Part shown: piece by piece, positions 1-8,183 of the stretch
How positions within the stretch are numbered: position 1 is the first letter of the stretch
How the letters are laid out: every line of letters begins with the position of its first letter
Virus record (IMG/VR): IMGVR_UViG_3300031658_000003
Direction: 5' to 3' (one strand)
Length of the DNA stretch: 20,000 bases
From: an uncultured virus (IMG/VR IMGVR_UViG_3300031658_000003)
Lineage: Duplodnaviria; Heunggongvirae; Uroviricota; Caudoviricetes
Notes under the pieces: model-generated
The model's input: the letters and a program-made list of their open reading frames with translations, nothing else
What the model was told of the DNA's origin: nothing
Databases searched by the model: none
Program-made: the position numbers and the translations under genes

Positions 1-57
1 AACGGTAAAATACCGTTATGATTTTTTTGCATAAAGATTATCACCAGCATAGTCTTG

Positions 58-65
58 TATAAATA
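58..65 (+). promoter_or_regulatory. T4-type late promoter (TATAAATA) upstream of hsp20
   Basis: Exact TATAAATA in intergenic DNA, ending 4 nt before the first leader hairpin. Confidence 0.75.
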
Positions 66-69
66 AATC

Positions 70-150
70 GTCAGAGACAAGAAATTGTTCTGACAAACCC
101 GAGTTGCCGTAAGGAACTCATAACAACAACTCGCTGAAAAGGAGAGTAAT
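70..150 (+). promoter_or_regulatory. Structured 5' UTR; ROSE-like RNA thermometer
   Basis: Three hairpins at 70-94, 101-119 and 130-144. The last is CUC-G-CU-GAAA-AGGAG, i.e. the U(U/C)GCU ROSE motif pairing with the SD, and it sits upstream of a small HSP gene. Confidence 0.75.
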
Positions 151-630
151 ATGGTACGCAAGTACAATGCAATGGATATAGGTAAAATTTTTGAAGATTG
201 GAAGAGCCATTCAATAGGGTTCGACCGAATGTTTGACAACATGGCGACAGGAAGTTCTCCCGCGCCTTACCCACCCTACAACATAGTAAAAATCGATGAG
301 AATAGTTTTTCTATTCAAATCGCCGCCGCAGGCTTTCGTGAGGACGAGTTTAATGTCCATGTAGTTCCCGAAGGCAATCAGTTAATAGTGCAGGGTGTAC
401 AAGACCGAGATGAGGACGAGCAAGAATACTACTTTAAAGGAATTGCCGCGAGGAACTTTACTCGCCACTTCACACTAGCAGATGGTGTTGAGGTCAAAGA
501 AGCAGAATTCGTTGATGGTATGTTAAATCTCTTGCTCAATCGAAACTTGCCAGAAGAACAGAAACCCATTACAATTAAAGTAAACAAATCAATCGCATCT
601 AAAAAGGAGCTGTTACAAGAAAGCCAATGA
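151..630 (+). CDS. hsp20: Small heat shock protein (Hsp20/IbpA-like, alpha-crystallin domain)
   Basis: Motifs IGFDRMF, YPPYNI, AAAGF, KGIAARNFTRHFTLAD, DGML; SD AGGAG at 140-144. Confidence 0.95.
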   Translation: MVRKYNAMDIGKIFEDWKSHSIGFDRMFDNMATGSSPAPYPPYNIVKIDENSFSIQIAAAGFREDEFNVHVVPEGNQLIVQGVQDRDEDEQEYYFKGIAARNFTRHFTLADGVEVKEAEFVDGMLNLLLNRNLPEEQKPITIKVNKSIASKKELLQESQ

Positions 631-752
631 AAAAGAAAATGAGAATCGCCTTAAGTGTAGCAAGACAAATGGATATAGAATCTGCCGGACATGTATTAAT
701 GTTCTCAACATGTTTATCAATAATATTCGTGTCCCTTAGTCAATTAAGTTAG
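627..752 (+). CDS. Small putative membrane protein, 41 aa (not in ORF track)
   Basis: ATGA overlap with the hsp20 stop; MKKKMRIALSVARQMDIESAGHVLMFSTCLSIIFVSLSQLS has a basic N-terminus and hydrophobic C-terminus; fills the gap to the next gene. Confidence 0.55.
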   Translation: MKKKMRIALSVARQMDIESAGHVLMFSTCLSIIFVSLSQLS

Positions 753-787
753 ATAAAACCTTATATTATGATTAGGAGTAGCCCGTT

Positions 788-1171
788 ATGAGCAAGAAGA
801 CCAACCCGCAAGACGCAACTGAAGAAAAAAACAAGCCCCATATTTGTGGAGTAAGATTAGTTTCTGGAGAAGACATTGTATGTATCCTTACACTTGAGAA
901 GGAACATAATCGTTACATGATGCAGAATCCAGCCATGATATTCTTGAAAGAAATGGAAGATGCAGGCAAGTTCCAGATAGCGTTTAGCCCATACTGTCCC
1001 GCGGCTCATGACGGGCAAATTTCAATTGTCACTGACAAGCTAGTAGGTATGTACGCACCAACCGCAGAGATTGTGGAACAGTACAGAAGTTACTATCGTC
1101 ACCCCAATGTCTCCGTCCCCGCAGAAGAACCAGTAAAACCAGCAAATAATACCCCCAAATTCGAAGGATAA
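788..1171 (+). CDS. Conserved T4-like phage hypothetical protein
   Basis: SD AGGAG at 775-779; VRLVSGEDIV motif typical of small beta-rich proteins near gp43 in marine T4-like phages. Confidence 0.8.
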   Translation: MSKKTNPQDATEEKNKPHICGVRLVSGEDIVCILTLEKEHNRYMMQNPAMIFLKEMEDAGKFQIAFSPYCPAAHDGQISIVTDKLVGMYAPTAEIVEQYRSYYRHPNVSVPAEEPVKPANNTPKFEG

Positions 1172-1174
1172 TAC

Positions 1175-1204
1175 TTGACAGGAGTGCCACTTTCATGTTA
1201 TAAT
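1175..1204 (+). promoter_or_regulatory. Sigma70-type promoter for the DNA polymerase
   Basis: TTGACA (1175-1180), 18 nt spacer, TGn-TATAAT (1199-1204). Confidence 0.8.
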
Positions 1205-1228
1205 GTGTATTCAAATTGAGGGTATTAA

Positions 1229-3736
1229 ATGTCAAGTTTCTATTCATTCGCATGGCAGTACGGCAACAACATCTTAACTCGTGGATTACGCGACGGTAAG
1301 AAGTTTGTCGAGCGCAAGCCATTTCAACCAACATTATATGTCCGCGGTAAAGAAGGTTCTAACCGCGGACTATATGGTGAAATCCTCAAGTCAGTTGACT
1401 TTCCAGATAATAACAGCTGCCGAGAGTTTGTCAAGAAGTACAACGATATTGACAATTATCCTATCTATGGTCAGACAGACCTAACATATCAGTATATCAC
1501 CCGAGAGTATCCCGAAGTAGTTGAATTCGACCTCAGCCTCTTGAACATTCAAGCAATTGATATAGAGACTACCGTAGACCATGGCTTTCCCAATGTAGAC
1601 AATCCTCTGGAAGAGATTCTTCTTATCTCCTCTGTCGATAAGAACACCAAGAAAGTTATGACCTGGGGTTCTGGTGAGTGGGACTATGAAGCCCGCAGTG
1701 CTGAAGTCCATGACATTGATGTTGAGTATATCACTTGTGTCGATGAGTATGAACTGCTAGAAAAGTTTATGTCTTGGTGGGTTGCTGAGTATCCAGATAT
1801 TATTACTGGCTGGAATTCTAAGTTCTTTGACGTACCATATCTGGTCAACCGTATTGAGCGCATCTTTGGTAATGACGCTAAGAATGCATTAAGCCCATTC
1901 AATATGACCCGAAAGCGCACCATTACTGTTCACCAGCAAGAGAGAACTACCTACGATATCAAAGGTGTTACTCACTTAGATTATCTCGACCTCTATCAGA
2001 AGTTCACATACAATGCACGAGAGTCTTACAAGTTGGACTATATTGCAGAACAAGAACTTGGTAAGAAAAAGCTAGAGAATCCACACGAAACCTTTAAAGA
2101 ATTCTATGAGAAAGATTGGAATAAGTTCATCGATTATAACATCATTGATGCCAAGATTGTGGATGAACTTGATGACAAGATGAAGCTGATTGAATTGATC
2201 GCCACAATGGCGTATGACTCCAAGTGTAACTTTGAAGATATATTTTCATCTGTACGGACTTGGGATTGCTTGCTGTACAATCACCTCCTTGAAAAGAACA
2301 TAATGATTCCTCAGAAGAAATCAGCCGAGCAGACTGGCATCAAAGGTGGTTATGTTCAAGAGCCAGTTCCTGGTAAATACAAATGGGTTGTGTCTGTTGA
2401 TGCTACCTCTCTGTATCCATCAATCATTATGCAACACAATCTATCGCCTGAGAAGTTCGTAGATGTCAAACCACTAGATTGCACAGTCGATTCCCTACTG
2501 GAACGGCGCCATGATACCTCCATGTTGAAAGAAAAGAATCTTTCTATGGCTGCCAATGGCTTTTGTTTCTCTCGTGAATCACAGGGCTTGTTTCCAGAGA
2601 TCACACAGAAGTTTTTCGATGACAGGCAGAAGTATAAAAAGCTGATGAAAGATGCCGAGGTGGAATACGAGAAGACAAAGAATCCTAAGTTGCTGAATGA
2701 TATCTCTAAGTACAACAACTTCCAGATGGCGAGAAAGATTCAGTTGAACTCTCTGTTTGGTGCTATGGGCAATAAGTACTTCAGATATTTCGATGAGCGT
2801 ATTGCCGAGGGTATTACCTTGACTGGTCAGTTTATCATCCGAGAGACTGCAAAAGCCCTTGACGTATATCTCAATAAGTTTGTCGGCACTGAAGGTGTTA
2901 ACTACTCTTTCTATTCTGACACTGACTCTTGTTATATCACACTTGATCCTCTGGTAGAAAAGCATATGAAGCATATGTCCAAAGACCAGATAATTAATGC
3001 GATTGACAAGCTGACCACAGAAAAGCTAGAACCTGCAATCAACAAAGCAATGGCTGACATCTGTAGCTATATGAATGCATATGATGAGAAGATATTCTTT
3101 AAGCGAGAAGTAATCGCTGACACGGGTATCTGGATAGCCAAGAAGCGGTATGCATTGAATGTGTACGACAACGAAGGTGTGCGATACAAAGAACCAAAGT
3201 TAAAGGTTATGGGTTTAGAGATTGTTCGTTCATCTACACCTGCACCAGTTCGCAAGTCTCTCAAAGAAGCCGTCAGGCTGTGTCTTGTGTCTGATGAGAA
3301 TGACTTGCAAGATTTTGTCGAGAAGACATGGCAAGAATTCAAAGGGATGACTCCTGAAGAGATTGCCTTCCCTCGTGGCTGTAACAATCTTTCCAAGTAC
3401 TCATCTTCATCTAATATATATTCTAAAGGTACTCCAATGCATGTTCGTGGCGCATTGATGTTCAATCACCAATTACGTGGTGCTAAATTGACTGGTAAGT
3501 ACCAAGAGATTCGTGAGGGTGACAAGATTAAATTCATATATCTCAAAGAGCCAAACATCATCTTTGAGAATGTCATTGGATTCAATGGTAAATTACCTCC
3601 TGAATTTGACTTGCATCGATACGTGGATTATGATATGATGTTTACTAAAGCATTCATTGAACCAATGAACACAATCACGAGTGGTCTTAATTGGAATGTT
3701 CGTCCAGTCGCATCACTCGCCGGTTTATTTTCTTAA
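1229..3736 (+). CDS. 43: Family B DNA polymerase (T4 gp43-like)
   Basis: ExoI DIET, ExoII GWNSKFFD, ExoIII YNIID, DATSLYPS, KIQLNSLFG, YSDTDS, KKRY; uninterrupted 835 aa. Confidence 0.98.
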   Translation: MSSFYSFAWQYGNNILTRGLRDGKKFVERKPFQPTLYVRGKEGSNRGLYGEILKSVDFPDNNSCREFVKKYNDIDNYPIYGQTDLTYQYITREYPEVVEFDLSLLNIQAIDIETTVDHGFPNVDNPLEEILLISSVDKNTKKVMTWGSGEWDYEARSAEVHDIDVEYITCVDEYELLEKFMSWWVAEYPDIITGWNSKFFDVPYLVNRIERIFGNDAKNALSPFNMTRKRTITVHQQERTTYDIKGVTHLDYLDLYQKFTYNARESYKLDYIAEQELGKKKLENPHETFKEFYEKDWNKFIDYNIIDAKIVDELDDKMKLIELIATMAYDSKCNFEDIFSSVRTWDCLLYNHLLEKNIMIPQKKSAEQTGIKGGYVQEPVPGKYKWVVSVDATSLYPSIIMQHNLSPEKFVDVKPLDCTVDSLLERRHDTSMLKEKNLSMAANGFCFSRESQGLFPEITQKFFDDRQKYKKLMKDAEVEYEKTKNPKLLNDISKYNNFQMARKIQLNSLFGAMGNKYFRYFDERIAEGITLTGQFIIRETAKALDVYLNKFVGTEGVNYSFYSDTDSCYITLDPLVEKHMKHMSKDQIINAIDKLTTEKLEPAINKAMADICSYMNAYDEKIFFKREVIADTGIWIAKKRYALNVYDNEGVRYKEPKLKVMGLEIVRSSTPAPVRKSLKEAVRLCLVSDENDLQDFVEKTWQEFKGMTPEEIAFPRGCNNLSKYSSSSNIYSKGTPMHVRGALMFNHQLRGAKLTGKYQEIREGDKIKFIYLKEPNIIFENVIGFNGKLPPEFDLHRYVDYDMMFTKAFIEPMNTITSGLNWNVRPVASLAGLFS

Positions 3737-3743
3737 AAATAAC

Positions 3744-3772
3744 TTGACAAACCGTTTGATATTAGTTATAAT
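3744..3772 (+). promoter_or_regulatory. Sigma70-type promoter
   Basis: Perfect TTGACA-17 nt-TATAAT, followed by SD AGGAG and ATG at 3791. Confidence 0.85.
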
Positions 3773-3790
3773 GTTCGACAGGAGAATATA

Positions 3791-4231
3791 ATGGAAAAGA
3801 AAATTCGTAGATTCAGAGTAGAACCTATGTATAAAAAGTCTGTAGTTGAATCAGAGTTTTATACACATTCAGAAGAGAAAGGTGTTATTGAAGTCACTAT
3901 AGTATGGCGAGGTGGCGAATACTGGATTAATATTGAAGATGATAATATCGATGAACTTACTGATATTGATCTAGCAATGAAAAGTCCAGAAGAAGAAGCA
4001 TTTGAAGTATCATCGTTTGAAAATTGGGAACTAGATTCTACTTGGGATGGATGTTCGGAAGACCTTTATTTCCACGGGACAGAAGTTGATGAAGAAACAT
4101 TTACAGAAGCCTATGGTGAAAGAGGATGGGATTATCTTGTTGAAGACCAAGGTTGGCAGCCAGATGACTGCGAAATCTGGATTCAGAATGGCGTGAAAAT
4201 AACAGAGGAAGAAACAAATGAGTTTAATTGA
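3791..4231 (+). CDS. Acidic hypothetical protein
   Basis: Good SD and its own promoter; about 40 of 146 residues are D/E; overlaps the uvsX start. Confidence 0.85.
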   Translation: MEKKIRRFRVEPMYKKSVVESEFYTHSEEKGVIEVTIVWRGGEYWINIEDDNIDELTDIDLAMKSPEEEAFEVSSFENWELDSTWDGCSEDLYFHGTEVDEETFTEAYGERGWDYLVEDQGWQPDDCEIWIQNGVKITEEETNEFN

Positions 4232-5279
4232 AAAACTGAAAAACAATTCAACTATCAAAGAGAGTTCCGTACTGACAAAATCCAAATTCTTTGGAGTAAA
4301 AGATTTAATTCAAACTTCAGTTCCGGCATTGAATGTGGCTCTCAGTGGTAAACTAGATGGTGGATTGACTCCCGGGCTGACAGTATTTGCTGGTCCATCA
4401 AAGCATTTTAAGACAGCATTCGCAATGCTATTAGCTAAGTCTTATCTAGACAAGTATGATGATGGTGTGATTTTGTTTTACGATTCTGAGTTTGGTGCAC
4501 CACAGGGGTACTTCACCAGTTTTGGCATTGACACTGACAGAGTTGTTCATACACCCATTACTGACATTGAACAACTAAAGCATGATGTAATGTCTCAGAT
4601 GAATGGATTCGTTCGAGGTGATCATGTGATGATTATCGTAGACTCTGTTGGTAACTTAGCATCAAAGAAAGAAGTTGATGATGCACTTGATGGTAAGTCT
4701 GTTGCTGATATGACACGAGCCAAACAGATGAAATCTCTGTTCAGAATGATTACACCACATTTGACTATCAAAGATATTCCTGCCATCGTGGTCAATCATA
4801 CTTACATGGAAATTGGTATGTTCCCAAAAGCAGTTGTCTCTGGCGGAACTGGAATTTATTATTCCGCTGACAACATCTTTATCATTGGTCGCCAACAAGA
4901 GAAAACTGGTTCTGATGTTGTTGGTTATAATTTCATCATCAACGTAGAGAAATCAAGATTCGTCCGAGAGAAGTCTAAGATTCCACTTGAAGTTACGTTT
5001 GAAGGTGGAATCAGTAAGTGGTCAGGATTGATAGATATGGCAATTGAATCTGGTCATGTTATCAAACCTTCCAATGGTTGGTATCAGATTGCTAGTGAAG
5101 GTGTTGACGGTAAGAAGTATCGTAGAAAAGAAACTGACTCTAAAGGCTTTTGGATTCCAATTCTCTCTGATAAATCTTTCAATGACTGGATCGAAAAACG
5201 GTATGTAATCTCAAGTGAAAGCATTATGCATGAAGAAGTGACATCGGATGATGTGGCAGCGGCATATACTGATGAGTAA
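4218..5279 (+). CDS. uvsX: UvsX RecA-like recombinase
   Basis: GPSKHFKT Walker A variant, FYDSEFG, DSVGNLASKKE, SGGTG; located between gp43 and gp41. Confidence 0.97.
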   Translation: MSLIEKLKNNSTIKESSVLTKSKFFGVKDLIQTSVPALNVALSGKLDGGLTPGLTVFAGPSKHFKTAFAMLLAKSYLDKYDDGVILFYDSEFGAPQGYFTSFGIDTDRVVHTPITDIEQLKHDVMSQMNGFVRGDHVMIIVDSVGNLASKKEVDDALDGKSVADMTRAKQMKSLFRMITPHLTIKDIPAIVVNHTYMEIGMFPKAVVSGGTGIYYSADNIFIIGRQQEKTGSDVVGYNFIINVEKSRFVREKSKIPLEVTFEGGISKWSGLIDMAIESGHVIKPSNGWYQIASEGVDGKKYRRKETDSKGFWIPILSDKSFNDWIEKRYVISSESIMHEEVTSDDVAAAYTDE

Positions 5280-5448
5280 TGGAGGTGTCACCAACAATAC
5301 ATATGAATGTGATAAATGTTTGGGTACTATTGTTGACATGCAAGCGGCTTTATGTTTTAATAGTCTAGATAAAGATTTATATCTATGTGAACCCTGCATA
5401 GAACTAATACGAAAAGAATTTATAGAGGCTGAAAAAGTAAATGGATAA
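5272..5448 (+). CDS. Small C4 zinc-finger protein
   Basis: CDKC-x22-CEPC; overlaps the uvsX stop and gp41 start; start at 5272 preferred over 5248. Confidence 0.7.
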   Translation: MSNGGVTNNTYECDKCLGTIVDMQAALCFNSLDKDLYLCEPCIELIRKEFIEAEKVNG

Positions 5449-6850
5449 TATTGAGCAGATTATAATTGCAAACCTTTGCCATGACGAAGAGTATATACGG
5501 AAAGTAATTCCATTTATGAAAGAAGAGTACTTTGGCGAGCCACAAACTCGCCAGGTATTCAATGCTGTCAGTGGGTTTGTAGAAAAATATAATTCTGTTC
5601 CATCTAAATCTGCATTACTTATTGCACTACAAGATAACCGTGCGGTCACGGAAGACCTATACGGAGAATGTGAGACTCTTATCAATGCGATGCAACCTGA
5701 AGCTGGCATGGAGAAAGCATGGCTATTGGACGAGACAGAGAAATTCTGTAAAGACAAAGCACTATATAATGCCATTATGAAATCTATTCAGATCATTGAT
5801 GGAGCCGATAAGAAGTTTGACAAGGGTGCATTGCCAAGTATTCTATCTGAAGCACTTGGTGTGGGTTTTGATAATAATGTGGGTCACGATTATCTAGGAG
5901 ACACTGATAGTCGATACGATTTTTATCACCGCGTAGAAGAAATGATTCCATTCGATCTTGACTACTTCAATCGTATCACGGATGGTGGTCTGAGAAATAA
6001 GACTCTCAATGTCGCACTGGCTGGAACCGGTGTTGGTAAGTCACTTTTCATGTGTCATATGGCAGCCGCATGTATCGCACAAGGTAAGAATGTGTTGTAC
6101 ATTACATGTGAGATGGCAGAAGAACGCATTGCTGAACGAATAGATGCCAACATGATGAACGTAGCTATCGGTGATTTGAAATCTCTTTCCAAGAAGATGT
6201 TTGATGATAGAGTACAGAAGATAAAAGATAAAGTTGATGGTAGATTAATCATCAAAGAGTATCCAACTGCATCGGCTCATGCTGGTCACTTCAAAGCATT
6301 ACTTGATGAGATGAAGCTGAAGCAGAACATGACTCCTGATATTATCTTCATCGATTATCTGAACATCTGTCTGAGCAGTCGATTCGGTGGTAGTTCTAAT
6401 GCAAATTCATACACTATCATTAAGAGTATTGCAGAAGAGTTACGTGGTCTTGCTGTTGAGATGAACGTACCAATAGTCACAGCAACCCAGACTACCCGTG
6501 GTGGCTATAACAATAGTGATGTTGAACTGACTGATACATCAGAGTCTTTTGGCTTACCTGCAACCGCTGACCTAATGTTCGCTCTGATATCAACAGAAGA
6601 ATTAGAAGCCCAAGGTCACATCATGGTAAAACAGTTGAAGAATCGATATAATAATGCCAATGAGAACAAGAGATTTATGATTGGTGTTGATCGTTCTAAG
6701 ATGAGACTGTATGACCTAGAAGAATCATTTCAGCAGAACATCACCGACTCTGGTAACACGGCTGATAAGAATGATAACGGCTACAATGATTCTATTCCAG
6801 TCTTTGACAGAACCTCAAGTGCCGCCGGTTTGGATAAGATAAATTTTTGA
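5441..6850 (+). CDS. 41: Replicative DNA helicase (T4 gp41-like, DnaB family)
   Basis: AGTGVGKS Walker A, IFIDYLNI Walker B, IAEELRGLAVE, SESFGLPATAD, KQLKNRY. Confidence 0.97.
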   Translation: MDNIEQIIIANLCHDEEYIRKVIPFMKEEYFGEPQTRQVFNAVSGFVEKYNSVPSKSALLIALQDNRAVTEDLYGECETLINAMQPEAGMEKAWLLDETEKFCKDKALYNAIMKSIQIIDGADKKFDKGALPSILSEALGVGFDNNVGHDYLGDTDSRYDFYHRVEEMIPFDLDYFNRITDGGLRNKTLNVALAGTGVGKSLFMCHMAAACIAQGKNVLYITCEMAEERIAERIDANMMNVAIGDLKSLSKKMFDDRVQKIKDKVDGRLIIKEYPTASAHAGHFKALLDEMKLKQNMTPDIIFIDYLNICLSSRFGGSSNANSYTIIKSIAEELRGLAVEMNVPIVTATQTTRGGYNNSDVELTDTSESFGLPATADLMFALISTEELEAQGHIMVKQLKNRYNNANENKRFMIGVDRSKMRLYDLEESFQQNITDSGNTADKNDNGYNDSIPVFDRTSSAAGLDKINF

Positions 6851-6853
6851 TAG

Positions 6854-6861
6854 TATAAATA
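6854..6861 (+). promoter_or_regulatory. T4-type late promoter for the lysis cassette
   Basis: Exact intergenic TATAAATA followed by SD GAGGAG and ATG at 6881. Confidence 0.85.
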
Positions 6862-6880
6862 CGCTATAGAGGAGACTATT

Positions 6881-7264
6881 ATGAATGGAATTTTTATTGG
6901 TATAATTGTTGCGATGGGAGTAGGTGGATTTTTCTACTGGGACACTACATCAAAGCAATTGACTGAGTACCAGTCCCAAGTCTTGGCGTATGAAATGAAG
7001 TTTGCTGTCCAAGAAGAGACTATAAATACAATGATAACTCAACATGAAACGCAGACAGAGGCATTGGTTGAAATGCAAACAGCCAATCAAGAGATCATAG
7101 CCGAACGAGACCGGTATCTGGACGTATTTCGTAGACATGACTTAGCAAAACTGGCAAGTGCAAAGCCTGGATTGCTTGAACCCAGAGTGAATAGAGGAAC
7201 TAAAGATGTATTCGACAGCCTTGAACAAGATAGTAGTTTCGACTTTAGTCCTGGTACTCCTTAG
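6881..7264 (+). CDS. Inner-membrane spanin (Rz-like; T4 PseT.3 type)
   Basis: N-terminal TM segment, coiled-coil body, C-terminal AKPGLLEPRVN resembling the T4-type AKPGLVE motif; overlaps a lipoprotein gene. Confidence 0.85.
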   Translation: MNGIFIGIIVAMGVGGFFYWDTTSKQLTEYQSQVLAYEMKFAVQEETINTMITQHETQTEALVEMQTANQEIIAERDRYLDVFRRHDLAKLASAKPGLLEPRVNRGTKDVFDSLEQDSSFDFSPGTP

Positions 7265-7622
7265 TGGATGCTCTTTTCTAAGAGCGCCACCCAGAGAAGT
7301 AGAAATTACAACAGTACAGATACGAACCCCAATTCGACAGCCAGTTTTACCTCGCGCCATCGATATGAAAGATCCAGAATGGTATGTAGTATCCAACGCC
7401 AATATTGACGAATTCTTAGAGCGAATAGAGAAAGAAACGGGAGGAGTATTCTTTGCGATGACTCCTGGTGACTACGAACTAATGTCCTATAATCTACAAG
7501 AAATTAAACGATTTATTAAAGAAGTGAAACAGGTGATTGTATACTACCGCGCTGTAACCCTAGATGATGAAAATGAAACCACAACTACATCAGAAGGGGA
7601 AACACAGGATGACAGAGAATAA
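7206..7622 (+). CDS. Outer-membrane spanin lipoprotein (Rz1-like; T4 PseT.2 type)
   Basis: Signal peptide with lipobox LSGC; Pro-rich stretch; overlaps the 3' end of the i-spanin; true start may be TTG at 7221. Confidence 0.82.
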   Translation: MYSTALNKIVVSTLVLVLLSGCSFLRAPPREVEITTVQIRTPIRQPVLPRAIDMKDPEWYVVSNANIDEFLERIEKETGGVFFAMTPGDYELMSYNLQEIKRFIKEVKQVIVYYRAVTLDDENETTTTSEGETQDDRE

Positions 7623-8037
7623 CGCAGAAGTAAGCATGACTCGTAAAGAGTATGATGCATTGAAAGCAGAAGCGGCAGGCGATGCTCCTGCAGGTGACGG
7701 ATCAGCATATGATACCCGAGGTTTTAAAACAGTTGAGGGTATGGAAGATGCAGATATAAATGACGATGGTCATATATCTATAATGGAAAATAAAATGCAC
7801 TTAGAGTTCAAAAGAAAAGAACTAGAAGATGCGGATGCAATGAGAGATGCTCAACGTAAGATGGCATGGTTTGCTTTATTGGGTATGTTACTATATCCTT
7901 TCGCAGTAGTACTAGCTTCATTAGCTGGACTTAACGAAGCGCAGTCAACACTAGGATCAATGGCACCAACATACTTTGTTGCAGTAGCCGGTATAGTTGC
8001 CGCATTCTTTGGGGCTCAGGCATTTACTAAAAAATGA
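7609..8037 (+). CDS. Two-TM membrane protein with EF-hand loop; holin candidate
   Basis: SD GGGGA before ATG 7609; DINDDGHISIME EF-hand loop; two C-terminal hydrophobic helices and a KK tail; directly after the spanins. Confidence 0.6.
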   Translation: MTENNAEVSMTRKEYDALKAEAAGDAPAGDGSAYDTRGFKTVEGMEDADINDDGHISIMENKMHLEFKRKELEDADAMRDAQRKMAWFALLGMLLYPFAVVLASLAGLNEAQSTLGSMAPTYFVAVAGIVAAFFGAQAFTKK

Positions 8038-8183
8038 CTAGTAGAATGAGTCACTTGAAACAAAATGACGTAACGTACTTTCAACATTTAAGATTTTCAT
8101 GGAAAGTTGGATTCGTATTAATTGTCCATGGAATCTTTCCGTTCATATGGGAAACCAAAGCAAGTGAACTACTTTGTTATTGA
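8034..8183 (+). CDS. Small protein, 49 aa, DUF6356-like (not in ORF track)
   Basis: ATGA overlap; MTSRMSHLKQNDVTYFQHLRFSWKVGFVLIVHGIFPFIWETKASELLCY shows the HL..Y.QH..H...P..AS pattern (family name recalled, not searched). Confidence 0.75.
   Translation: MTSRMSHLKQNDVTYFQHLRFSWKVGFVLIVHGIFPFIWETKASELLCY

Noticed and set aside
1..28. Hairpin AACGGTA-AAA-TACCGTT followed by a T-run; possible terminator
   Set aside because: Weak stem, T-run offset by 4 nt, and cut by the window edge; cannot be supported
1229..6850. Inteins, introns or homing endonucleases in gp43, uvsX or gp41
   Set aside because: All three have normal lengths and contiguous motifs
7021..7028. TATAAATA inside the i-spanin gene
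   Set aside because: Intragenic in AT-rich DNA and redundant with the promoter at 6854; may be chance
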